A stretch of 64,000 nucleotides of DNA. It comes from an uncultured cyanobacterium. GTDB lineage: Bacteria > Acidobacteriota > Vicinamibacteria > Vicinamibacterales > UBA2999. Of the stretch, positions 20,447 through 28,954 are shown one piece after another. Location of the stretch: assembly GCA_963833135.1 (NCBI GenBank), contig CAWHWW010000021.1:96907-160906 (forward strand), given 5' to 3'. Made by a program: the position numbers and the translations under genes. Each line of letters opens with the position of its first letter. Within the stretch, counting starts at the first letter, position 1. The notes below the pieces were generated by a model. That model was given only the letters and a program-made list of their open reading frames with translations. It was not told the origin of the DNA and ran no database searches.

Positions 20447-21070
20447 GGTTCCACGGTTCCGCAGTTCCAGGGTTCCACGGTTAGGTTCTGTTGGGTTATG
20501 GGTTCTTCTTCGGACGCGGCGGATCGGGCGTTGATTCCAGATGCTGAATCAGACCAGCCGCGGCCTTAAGCGCCTCCGCGAATGTAGTGTTCCTCGAGAA
20601 GCAATTCGTCCTCAGTGAGCAGTCGTCGATCTCTTGCGTCGACGAGGTGATTCAACACCTCAGTGTTCGGAACCTCGCGCGATTCGAACAAAGCGCGCGA
20701 ATTCCTTGTTGCCGAAGCGGCCAAATCCCTCCGCGATGTTTGCCGGAGCAGACCGAGCCGCCTCGCGCAACTGCTCGCACAGTCTGAAGTCGCGTTTCAC
20801 GTTCGGCCGTTCCAGGAGCATATACACGCGCAGCTTCACCGATTCCGCGCGTTGCCCGCGACGATCTCCCGGAAGTCCTTCCATCCAGCCATGTCGTTGA
20901 ATGAAAGCAACAGCGAAGCCGCGAATAGACTCGCCAATTCCCGAGAGAAATGAGGGACCGATGATCTCGGTCGTTCAAAAATTGCGATGCAAGCTGCGTC
21001 ACTGGTGCGCACATCTTGCGAACATTGAACCCGGCAGAACCAAACCGTGGAACTGTGGAACCGTGGAACC
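20447..21070. mobile_element. rRNA-IVS-like cassette: four-helix-bundle gene bracketed by ~40-nt inverted word repeats (GGTTCCACG)
   Basis: The reverse complement of 20447-20490 aligns with 21035-21070: 'cagaacc[t/a]aaccgtggaac...ggaaccgtggaacc', with one word fewer on the right. Confidence 0.5.
20496..20892 (-). CDS. four-helix-bundle protein (23S rRNA intervening-sequence protein family; frameshifted)
   Basis: 'MAGWKDFREIVA..', then 'QRAESVKLRVYMLLE..LCEQLREAARSAPANIAEGFGRFGNKEFARFVRIARGS' (ORF 20660..20884), then 'EVLNHLVDARDRRLLTEDELLLEEHY' and '..LIQHLESTPDPPRPKKNP*' in other frames. Confidence 0.75.
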
Positions 21071-21077
21071 CGGCACC

Positions 21078-21821
21078 TTAGAGCCGTGACCTGATCTCCC
21101 ACAGATCCGGAAAAATCGGCGTCATCAGCGTCGTCGCCAGATACTGGGCGCCGGCGGAGCCGCCGGTCCCGGCTTTCGCGCCGATCGTGCGCTGCACCAT
21201 CTTGACGTGACGATAGCGCCACTCCTGCAGGCCTTCGTCGAGATCGACGAGGCGCTCGCACATTTCGGCGTGCTTGGGATCGCGGCGATACAGATCGATC
21301 AGCGTCGATTGCAAGTCCGCCGACGGCTCGATGCGCGCGGTGACGTCGCGCGACAGCGACGCCGCCGGAATCGCATAGCCTTCGCGCGACAGATACGTGA
21401 GGAACGCATCCCATAACGTCGCCGCTCCGTATCGCTGCTCGAGCGCCCGGCGCGCACGCGAGGCTGCGGGAAAGCGATCGATCGCGGCCTTGGACTTGTT
21501 GCCGAGCACGAACTCGAGCTGCCGGAATTGATCGGATTGAAATCCGCTCGCCGCCTCGAGCCGTGCCCGGAACGACTGGAACTCGAGCGGCGTCATCGTC
21601 TCGAGGATGTCGAGCTGCGCGACCAGCACTTTGAGGATGGTGAGGATCCGCTTCAACGAATGCTGCGCGCGATACGGATCGCGCGCCTCGAGCAGCGCGA
21701 TGACGTGATCGACTTCGTGCAGCACCTGCTTGAACCACAGCTCGTAGACCTGGTGAATGACGATGAAGAGCATCTCGTCGTGCTCGGGGCCTTCGGAGCG
21801 AGGGCGCTGGAGCGCGAGCAA
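21078..21821 (-). CDS. kynA: tryptophan 2,3-dioxygenase, apparently 5'-truncated
   Basis: Track ORF 21078..21821: 'HDEMLFIVIHQVYELWFKQ..RYRHVKMVQRTIGAKAGTGGSAG'. An in-frame stop lies only 9 codons upstream of the TTG start, so the conserved N-terminal segment is missing. Confidence 0.85.
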   Translation of the reverse strand: MLALQRPRSEGPEHDEMLFIVIHQVYELWFKQVLHEVDHVIALLEARDPYRAQHSLKRILTILKVLVAQLDILETMTPLEFQSFRARLEAASGFQSDQFRQLEFVLGNKSKAAIDRFPAASRARRALEQRYGAATLWDAFLTYLSREGYAIPAASLSRDVTARIEPSADLQSTLIDLYRRDPKHAEMCERLVDLDEGLQEWRYRHVKMVQRTIGAKAGTGGSAGAQYLATTLMTPIFPDLWEIRSRL

Positions 21822-21837
21822 TTCGTCGACGGCGGTA

Positions 21838-22051
21838 TGGAACGCTTATCTGAAATAACTGCGCGCCGAGGCTACGCGATTCCGCCGGGCTCGCTATCGC
21901 GTGACGTGACCGCGCGCATCGAGCCGTCGCGCGACGCTGCAGGCGATCCTGATGCGATCCTTCGCGAAGGGCTCCAAAGGACGCCGAGATGTGCGAGCGG
22001 CTCGTCGATCTCAACGAGGCAATCCAGGAGTGGCGCGACCGGCACGTCTAG
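21838..22051 (+). pseudogene. inverted, diverged internal fragment of a second kynA copy
   Basis: Plus strand encodes 'WNAYLK*LRAEGYAIPPGSLSRDVTARIEPSRD ... PKDAEMCERLVDLNEAIQEWRDRHV*' across shifted frames. This parallels residues '..REGYAIPAASLSRDVTARIEPSAD..PKHAEMCERLVDLDEGLQEWRYRHV' of the minus-strand gene at roughly 80% nucleotide identity by eye. Confidence 0.7.
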
Positions 22052-22084
22052 AGAATATCTCGATCGAACACCAGACCAGAACTA

Positions 22085-22149
22085 GCACCTGGCACCTGGC
22101 ACCGGCACCCCTGCACCCTTGCACCCCTGCACCCCTGCACCCCTGCACC
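22085..22149. repeat. word-repeat array (GGCACCT then CTGCACCC words)
   Basis: 'gcacctggcacctggcaccggcacccctgcacccttgcacccctgcacccctgcacccctgcacc'. Confidence 0.9.
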
Positions 22150-22188
22150 AAAAAAGGGAGAGAGATCGGCGCGGTTGATCTCTCTCCC
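22149..22188 (-). terminator. rho-independent terminator (minus strand)
   Basis: Minus strand reads GGGAGAGAGATC-AACCGCGCC-GATCTCTCTCCC followed by TTTTTTGG (12-bp perfect stem). Confidence 0.8.
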
Positions 22189-22270
22189 GTAAATGCATGA
22201 AGCCTCCGCCGCCCGCTTCCGCCTTCGGCGGGAGCGTTGGGAAGAACGCGAGGCTGAAGGAGGAATCGGT

Positions 22271-22477
22271 GTGTTACAGCTGCTGCTGTTGCTGGTGCTG
22301 CTGCTGGGACTGCTGCGAGAGACAGATAGACGGGCAGGTCGAGGTGCTGGGGAACAGCGTCCGCGTTTCCTTCAATGCGATGAGTGCGCCCGTCTTCATG
22401 CTGGAGCAGAAAGTATCAGGCGATTCGCCGCTAATGCAATAGATGAGCGACGAGCATTATCGGTAACCTGTTCTTGA
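22271..22477 (+). CDS. possible small single-pass membrane protein (68 aa), poly-Leu N-terminus encoded by an imperfect (CTG)n tract
   Basis: GTG at 22271 lies 7 nt after a perfect Shine-Dalgarno AAGGAGGA (22257-22264). Product: 'MLQLLLLLVLLLGLLRETDRR..QCDEC..'. A competing minus-strand 41-aa ORF (22274..22399, 'MKTGALIALKETRTLFPSTSTCPSICLSQQSQQQHQQQQQL') overlaps it. Confidence 0.3.
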   Translation: MLQLLLLLVLLLGLLRETDRRAGRGAGEQRPRFLQCDECARLHAGAESIRRFAANAIDERRALSVTCS

Positions 22478-22489
22478 GTTCCGTAACTT

Positions 22490-22530
22490 CAAAAAAAATG
22501 GGCGAGGACGCCGGCGTAGCGTCACCACCC
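22490..22530 (-). terminator. rho-independent terminator after TonB receptor 2 (minus strand)
   Basis: Minus strand reads GGGTGGTGACGC..GGCGTCCTCGCCC (12-bp stem with G-U pairs and one mismatch) followed by ATTTTTTTT. Confidence 0.7.
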
Positions 22531-22566
22531 TAACGACTCCCCCACAGGAGTCGAGCTCGGTCTTAC

Positions 22567-25457
22567 TTAGAAGAGGAAGCGGAATCCGACGCGCGCGGTG
22601 CGCGGCGCCAGGATCAGCGTCGGCTTCTGGTAGCTCAGACCCGTCGCGCGGCCGATCGTCTCGGACGCGTGGCTGTTGGTCAGGTTGAACGCGTCGAACA
22701 TCAGGCGCAGACGAACGCGCGGCGTGAAGGTCAACTGCTTCTCGGCGCGAATGTCGAAGACGTAGATGTTGTCTTCGCGGTTCGTCATCGGTCGCATCGG
22801 CATAGGCCGTGGTGGTGCGCGTGTCGCGCCCACCAGGCCGGCCGGCGCCGTGATGGTCAGCGTGCGCGCGTAGTTCGCGCCCGACTGGTGGCGGAACACC
22901 GGCGAGAGGCGGATGCCCCACGGCGCGTCGTACGACGCCGTCGCCTTGAAGCCCCAGCCCGTGCGATCGCCCACACCCGGGTTGTTCGGGGTGTATTGCG
23001 GCGCGCCGGCGAAGAAGTCGTGCAGCATCGTGTAAGCGCCGCCGAACGACGCCGACCACTTGTTCGCAGTAGCGGCGGTTCACCGACGCCTCGATCGTCT
23101 TGTAGCGTGCGAACTGATCGACGTTCTGCTGCCGGTTCGCGCGGTCGAGCGTGTTGAAGGTCGCCGTCGGGAACGCCGTAGAACGTCAGGGTGCGATCGT
23201 CCGCGGTGCCCGAGCGGCCGTCGACGCCGATGTCGAGGAACGGGTAGGGCGTGGTGAAGCGCTCGGGGCCCGCTCCGGGCTGGAACGTCCCGATCAGATC
23301 GTCCTCGGTCTTGTAGACGAAGCCGGCACGCACACCCATCGTGTCGCTCAGCTGCTGCTCGAACCACGCGCCGAATTCATGCGTGTAGGGATCCTTGATG
23401 TTCGGGTCAAGGCCGGTCGTGCCTTCGAGGTCGGCGGTGGCGAACGCCGCAGCCTGTTCACCCGGCTGCCAGCGGCGGTCGCCGTTGAGGTCCGTCCAGG
23501 TGTAGGTCGCCGACTTGTTGGCGGTGTTCGGGTTCGCGTTGCCGCTGATGCCGACACCCGGGTTGTGCCAGTAGAGGCCGTAGTTGGCCTTCACCACCGT
23601 CTTGCCGGTGCCCGACAGGTCATAGACGACGCCGATGCGCGGCGCGAACGAGTTCCACGTGTAGAGGTCGCGCTGTGCGAAGGTCTTCGCCTGCACCTGC
23701 GAGGCCAGAGCCGGGAAGCTCGCGGCCCAGCCGGCAGCGTTCCCGCCATCTGGTCCTGCTCCGGCAGCCAGCCCTTGTAGCGGTCATAGCGCACGCCGGC
23801 GTTCATCGACAGCTTGCCAACCGACCACGTGTCGGTCAGGAACAGTCCGATCGCATCGAGCGCCGCCTGCGCCTTCAGGCAGTCGTGCGCGGCGAGCGTG
23901 CCGACCGCGCAATCCGCCGTCGGGAAGCCGAAGATCACCTGCGTCGCGGCGCCGTTGTTGAAGCGGTGCTCGAGGTTGCTCGTAGCCGCCGCGGCGCGAT
24001 TCGAAGCCTTCCCACGAACGCTCCTTCAGGAGTTCCGCACCCATCTTGAAGGTGTGGCTGCCCTTCGACGTGTCCATGAAGTAGGTGCTCGCGAAGTTGT
24101 ACTGCTTGCGATCGCGATCGAGCTGCTGCTTCTGGTGCGCGCCTTCCATCACCAGTCGGCCGGTGTCCTGCGTGAAGAAGTTGTCGGGGCTGTTGGTGCT
24201 CAGCGGGAAGTAGTAGCCGAAGTCGCCGTAGCGCGCTTCGAGATAGAGCTTGTCGCTGATCGTGCCGTTCCACTCAGCCTTGTAGACCCAGCTGCCCGAG
24301 AGCTGCGCCAGGGTCTGTTCGGGCGAGGCGTAGGTGTAGGTCGCGTCCGGCAGGCGGTTCGGCTGTTCCTTCTGGCCCCACTGGTAGTAGCCGATCAGCT
24401 TGTTCTTCTGGTTCATCTGATAGCTGACCTTGCCGACCGCGTTCCACAGCAGCGTGTCGAAGGTCTTGTCGAACTGGAAGCTCGGCTGCGCCACCGCGTT
24501 GAACTGCTTGCGGTAGGTGCCGAAGAACCACAGCTTGTCTTTCGCGATCGGACCGCCGGCATTGATGTCGTGGTCGTAGTAGCGATCGATCTCGTTGCTG
24601 TGCTCGCGGATCGGCGAGTTGTTGAACGCGGTCGGCACGAGGTACTCGTCCGGCAGGTTCGAGCCCTGGAACGCGTTGTTGTACCAATCGAGGTGATATT
24701 CGCCCTGGAAGGTGTTCGAGCCCGAGCGCGCGATGAACTGCGACTGCACGCCGGGGTTCGGCATTTCCGCCGACTGGCCGCTCGTGCCGAGGAACGCTTC
24801 TTCGAGCGACGCGTAGTCGAAGTAGAAGCCGGCGCCGCCGGTGCCTTCGGTGGTGTTGATGCCTTCGATCAGCACGCGCACCTGGCCGGTCTGGCCGTAG
24901 GCGGCGTAGCCCTGCTGCGTGCCGGCGCGGTTGCCGCCGACGTCGACGCGGTTCATCGCCACGCCGGGCGTGACGGCGAGCAGCGCCCACATGTCGCGGC
25001 CGTTCGGGATCGACTGCAGCTGCTCCATCTTGAAGTTCTGCTGCACGCGCGACGAGGACGTGTCGATGACCGGCGAGGCGCCGCTGACGGTCACGGTTTC
25101 CTGCAGCGTGGCGAGCGCGAGCTCGACGTTGACGTTGGCCGTGAAGCCGAGGGAGATGGCGATGCCTTCGCGCTTCAGCGTGTTGAAGCCGGCAAGCTCG
25201 AATGTCATTTCATAGGTGCCCGGAGGCACTGCCGGGAAACGGTAGTTGCCCGTTTCCGACGTGACCGTCGTCTGCGCGCCAAGCGCCGACGGGCTGGTCG
25301 CGGTCACCGTGACGCCAGGCAGCACCGCACCCTGCGAGTCCGCCACGCGACCCTGAATCGTGCCCGTGCTGCTGGCGCCGCCACCCTGCGCAAACGCGTT
25401 GCCCGCGAATGCGATGGTGACGAGGAGGGCCAGCAGGCCCTTCGTCCAAAACTTCAT
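22567..25457 (-). CDS. TonB-dependent receptor 2 with carboxypeptidase-regulatory-like N-terminus (frameshifted)
   Basis: Colinear pieces are ORFs 23784..25523, 23591..23938, 22857..23696 and 22567..23028. Start is the ATG at 25457 after 'ggaggaagatcgc' ('MKFWTKGLLALLVTIAFAGNAFAQ'). Barrel terminus is '..RVGFRFLF'. Confidence 0.85.
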
Positions 25458-25659
25458 GCGATCTTCCTCCATTGGGGGCAACCCGCCCGTGATCTGCACC
25501 TGCGCAAACCACAAGCCGGTCACTCAAATCAAATCACCCGACCTGTCCGCCATACCTAGCGACGGCGAACCAACGACGACGAATCGATCAGCGACACTCG
25601 GCGGAAGACGGCCGAACCCGATGTGGGAGAGGCAGGAAACCCGACAAGACGCCGCAATC

Positions 25660-25688
25660 ATTACAACGACTTACAAATTAGCTGCGAA
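25660..25688 (-). promoter_or_regulatory. candidate sigma70-type promoter (TTCGCA-N17-TGTAAT) for TonB receptor 2
   Basis: Hexamers were read on the minus strand in the AT-richer gap. It would give a ~200-nt 5' UTR. Not validated for this phylum. Confidence 0.3.
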
Positions 25689-25773
25689 GAATACCTTACA
25701 GAGGGCCGAGAATGTCTACAAACGGGGTCGAACGATCGTTCAAAGTGGTGAGTGGCACTCACCACTCCATTCG

Positions 25774-26618
25774 TCAGTGGACGAACCGGGTAATCAAAAG
25801 CCCGGCCAGAATCGCCCCCGCGCCGGCAGTCTGATTGGCGGAAATCGGCTCGTCCAGCCAGACCGCCGCGACGGCCATGGCCACGACCGGCGTCAGGTAG
25901 CTGTAGACCGACGTGCGCGACCCGCCCAGCCGCTTCAGGCCCGTGTACCAGATCCAGTACGACAGGTTGAGCGCCAGGAGCGCCGACGTCAGCATCATCA
26001 GCCAGCTGAATCCGGAGATCGCGCGCCAGTCGACCGCGATCAGGAACGGAATCAACGCCAGCACGTACAGCGTCGCGCCAATCGAGAACGTGAGCGCGAT
26101 CACGAGCAGCGGCGAGTGCCGCTTGAGAATGCCCTGCGACGCCACCGAGTAGATCGACCAGCAGATCACGCCGCCCATCATCAGCAGATCGCCGCGCCAC
26201 GATTGCCCCGTCAGATCGACGCCGTGGCCGACGACGAGATAGAGGCCGAACATCGCGACCGCGATGCCAAGCCATCGCACCGGGCGAATGCGCTCGTGAC
26301 CGACCGACGGCCGACATCAGCGCGATCACGATCGGCGAGATGCCGATGATGAGCGAGCCGTTGCCGACGCTCGTGCGCTTCACCGCCGAGACGAAACAGA
26401 ACTGATACAGGAACGTGCCGACCAATCCGAGGAACAGCCAGCTCGATCCAGTCGCGCCGCGTCAGCGTGCGCAACTGCGATCGCGCCGGCGTGCCCATGA
26501 TGACGACGAGGTAGACCATCGTCGCGACGAGCAGCCGCATCGCGTTGAAGGCAATTTCCGGAAAGTCGCGGAGGGCGACCTTGACGATCGAAAAGTTGCT
26601 ACCCCAGATGAGAATCAT
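25774..26618 (-). CDS. EamA/DMT-family transporter (frameshifted)
   Basis: Colinear pieces: ORF 26211..26618 ('MILIWGSNFSIVKVAL..'), part of ORF 25661..26425 ('GTFLYQFCFVSAVKRTSVGNGSLIIGISPIVIALMSA'), and ORF 25774..26280. Confidence 0.8.
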
Positions 26619-26653
26619 CAGGAGCAGGAGGAAGTCGAGGGCGTCACTTGCGT

Positions 26654-26823
26654 CAGTCTACAGTCGAGAGTCGACAGTTAAGAGCTTTCAGTTGGCAGTC
26701 GCAGTTCAGTCAACAGTCTCACAAAATCAAAAGGCGGACCCGGGGGCCCGCCTTGTTGACTGCAGACTGAACTGCGACTGATGACTGAAAGCTCTTAACT
26801 GTCGACTCTCGACTGCCGACTCT
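26654..26823. repeat. ~170-bp word-repeat palindrome (CAGTCGA / CAGTTGA words)
   Basis: 'cagtcgagagtcgacagttaagagctttcagt' (left arm) is perfectly complementary to 'actgaaagctcttaactgtcgactctcgactg' (right arm). Flanking words pair imperfectly. Confidence 0.9.
26721..26752 (-). terminator. rho-independent terminator of atpE, nested at the centre of the palindrome
   Basis: Minus strand reads GGCGGGCCC-CCGG-GTCCGCC followed by TTTTGATTTTG. Confidence 0.7.
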
Positions 26824-26835
26824 CTCAGTTACCAG

Positions 26836-27195
26836 TTAGCCGCCAAACGGCTTAATGAAGAACAGGATCAGCGAAACGAGCAGCACGTAAATGACGAGCG
26901 ACTCGATCAGCACGAGACCGAGAATCAGCGCGCCACGGATTTCACCGGCGGCGCCGGGGTTGCGCGCGATCGCTTCCGCGGCCGACGCAACCGCCTTGCC
27001 CTGACCGAGCGCGGCGCCCGCGGCGGCAATCGCCAGCGCGAAGCCCGCGGTGATGATCGACCACTGGACCAGACCCGAGCCGGCCGCTTGCGCGGCAGCT
27101 TCCTGGGCATAGACCGGCGAGGCCAGACCGAGGACGAGGAACCCGAACATCACGGACAGCAGCAACCGACTTGTTCTCACAGAAAACGCCTCCAT
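26836..27195 (-). CDS. atpE: F-type ATP synthase subunit c with ~45-aa signal-peptide-like N-terminal extension
   Basis: C-terminal 119 aa of track ORF 26836..27582, from the ATG at 27195: 'MEAFSVRTSRLLLSVMFGFLVLGLASPVYAQE..' then the c-subunit hairpin 'GAALGQGKAVASAAEAIARNPGAAGEIRGALILGLVLIESLVIYVLLV'. Confidence 0.9.
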   Translation of the reverse strand: MEAFSVRTSRLLLSVMFGFLVLGLASPVYAQEAAAQAAGSGLVQWSIITAGFALAIAAAGAALGQGKAVASAAEAIARNPGAAGEIRGALILGLVLIESLVIYVLLVSLILFFIKPFGG

Positions 27196-27582
27196 CTCAA
27201 ATCCCTGAGCGCTTCGACCCCAACGGCGACGCCGAGCGACGACACACCCGCCAGCAAACCCATCGGGTCGAGGTGCAAACGCACCATCATACCGTAGGCC
27301 GCGAGAGCCACTATAGCATGCCTTGTGAAAAACTTCACTAGCAGGAAAACCGTGGAAATCCGGCCTGTCGCCCGCCTTCGCGGCTTCGTCGCTCGGGACG
27401 GCAGGCCCGGGCGAAGCGCAACGAACGCGTCGACCGTGCCCCGGATCGCCCAGAACGAGATGGCCGATCAGCAGGCCGCCGCCGAGCACGCCGAGCGGCG
27501 CCGCGAGGTTGCGTTTCCAGAGGAGAAAGAGCATCGCGATCGCGAAGCACGCGATCGCCGTGTCGCGCGCGATCGCGATCAT
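27177..27582 (-). CDS. atpI: ATP synthase subunit I-like small membrane protein (frameshifted)
   Basis: 'MIAIARDTAIACFAIAMLFLLWKRNLAAPLGVLGGGLLIG' continues in another frame as '..ISFWAIRGTVDAFV..VKFFTRHAIVALAAYGMMVRLHLDPMGLLAGVSSLGVAVGVEALRDLRWRRFL*'. Confidence 0.55.
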
Positions 27583-27948
27583 TCAAGCGTTCCAGGGTTC
27601 CAGGAGTTCCAGAAGTTCCACGGTTTGGTCCAGGAGTTCCAGACGTTCCAGATGTTCCACGGGTGGTTCAGAACACGGTACCTGACAGAACTCAACCCTT
27701 GGAACCCCTGGAACCACTGGAACCCTGGAACGATCTTTATCGGCGAGCTGCATGACCCGATAGACATTGAGGACACCGGCGGCAAGTCCGAGAAAAAACC
27801 CGACGAACGCGAGCCAGGGCTTCGTGCCGAGCGCCCCGTCCAGCCAATAACCCGCGGCAAAGCCGATCACCAGCGCAAACACGAACGACAAGCCGATCGT
27901 GCTGAGCTGCCCGATGAGCTGCAACGTCGTCGGGGATGTCCGCTCCAT
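27583..27948 (-). CDS. AtpZ/AtpI-family protein (3' end uncertain; the ORF tail runs through a repeat)
   Basis: 'LQLIGQLSTIGLSFVFALVIGFAAGYWLDGALGTKPWLAFVGFFLGLAAGVLNVYR'. The last ~50 codons are translation of the 27589-27731 word palindrome. Confidence 0.6.
   Translation of the reverse strand: MERTSPTTLQLIGQLSTIGLSFVFALVIGFAAGYWLDGALGTKPWLAFVGFFLGLAAGVLNVYRVMQLADKDRSRVPVVPGVPRVEFCQVPCSEPPVEHLERLELLDQTVELLELLEPWNA
27589..27731. repeat. word-repeat palindrome (GTTCCAGG words)
   Basis: The left arm (27589-27662) has 8 variant GTTCCAG/GTTCCAC words. The right arm (27697-27731) has complementary CTGGAAC words. Confidence 0.9.
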
Positions 27949-27981
27949 GGCTCAGTGTAACGACTTCCGGCCCCCGGACCT

Positions 27982-28010
27982 CTGATCCCTGGTCCCTGCT
28001 CCCTGATCCC
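27982..28010. repeat. word-repeat array (CTGATCCC / TGGTCCC / TGCTCCC)
   Basis: 'ctgatccctggtccctgctccctgatccc', in the divergent gap between atpZ and the VWA genes. Confidence 0.8.
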
Positions 28011-28072
28011 GGTTTCAAGGCGATATACTGCCGGTAAGGCTGCCGGACGCGCCCACGGCAGCGGGTGATTCC

Positions 28073-28954
28073 ATGAGTGTTCGTCTCTTTGCAGGAGGCG
28101 CGTTAGCCCTCCTCTTTTCGGTCGCTGTCCTCGCCCAGGCCAATGAGCGCGTGCTTTACGTCAACGCCTGGGATGAACAGACACGGGCGCCGCTGACCGG
28201 GCTCGGCGTCGATGCGTTCGCCGTGCGCGAAGACGACGCGGACGCGCGAAGTGCTCCGCGTCACGTCCGGCGACCTCGCCGATGGCGGTCGCGATCCTCG
28301 TCGACAACTCGCAGGCGGCGCGCAATCACATCACCGAGATCCGCCGCGCGCTGACGTCGTTCGTGCGCGCGATCGAGGGCCTCGGGCCGATCTCGATCAT
28401 CGGCATCGCCGATCGCCCGACGATCCTCACCGATTACACGACCGAGCTGAAGCTCGCTCGACGCCGGCATCGGCAAGGTGTTCGCGATGCCCGGTTCCGG
28501 CGCGACGCTGCTCGACGCGATCGTCGAGGTCAGCAAGGGTCTCGGCCGCCGCGAGGAGGATCGCGCGGCGATCGTCATGCTGACGACGGAGAACGTCGAG
28601 TTCAGCACTCGCCACTACCAGGACGTGCTCGAGGAGTTGAAGAAGGGCGGCGCGCAGATGCATGCCGTGATCCTGAACACGCCGGCGGGCGTGTCGCTGA
28701 GCGACGAGGCGCGCAACCGCGCGTCGGTGCTCGATCGCGGCCCGCGCGAAAGCGGCGGCACGCGGATCGACGTGCTCGCCAGCCAGGCGTTCCAGACGAA
28801 GATGCTGGAGCTGGCCGCGATCCTCAAGAGCCAGCATCGCGTCGTCTACGCGCGGCCCGAGTCGTTGATCCCGCCGGAGAAGATCGAGGTGTCGGCGACC
28901 AAGCCAGGCGTCGAAGCCAGCGGCGGCCCGGCGCGCGGACAGAAGGCGAAGTAG
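28073..28954 (+). CDS. secreted von Willebrand factor A domain protein 1 (frameshifted)
   Basis: Colinear pieces: ORF 28073..28354 (signal peptide), part of ORF 28282.. ('MAVAILVDNSQAARNHITEIRRALTSFV'), and ORF 28478..28954. Confidence 0.75.

Noticed and set aside
20836-22014. 392-aa minus-strand ORF spanning kynA.
   Set aside because: It is out of frame with the recognisable tryptophan 2,3-dioxygenase sequence (21078..21821). Only its last 18 codons (the start of the four-helix-bundle gene) look real.
21838-22051. Inverted kynA fragment as a fold-back assembly chimera.
   Set aside because: The two copies differ at roughly one position in five, with several indels. A chimeric read or assembly fold-back would give near-identical arms. 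Read-level confirmation is still advisable.
22197-22442. Cys-rich small ORF 'CYSCCCCWCCCWDCC', which looks like a metal-binding or RiPP-like peptide.
   Set aside because: The Cys run is simply the (CTG)n tract read in the TGC frame. The ORF has no ribosome-binding site, whereas the Leu frame has a perfect one. It is kept only as an alternative under the 22149-22532 finding.
23814-25559. 581-aa plus-strand ORF.
   Set aside because: It is antisense to TonB-dependent receptor 2, whose minus-strand pieces carry clear receptor motifs. Low-complexity Arg/Ala/Val content.
27583-27740. C-terminal ~50 residues of the AtpZ-like ORF as a real domain.
   Set aside because: The sequence is a direct translation of the GTTCCAGG word palindrome. 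Absence of stops over 50 codons is not surprising at this GC content.
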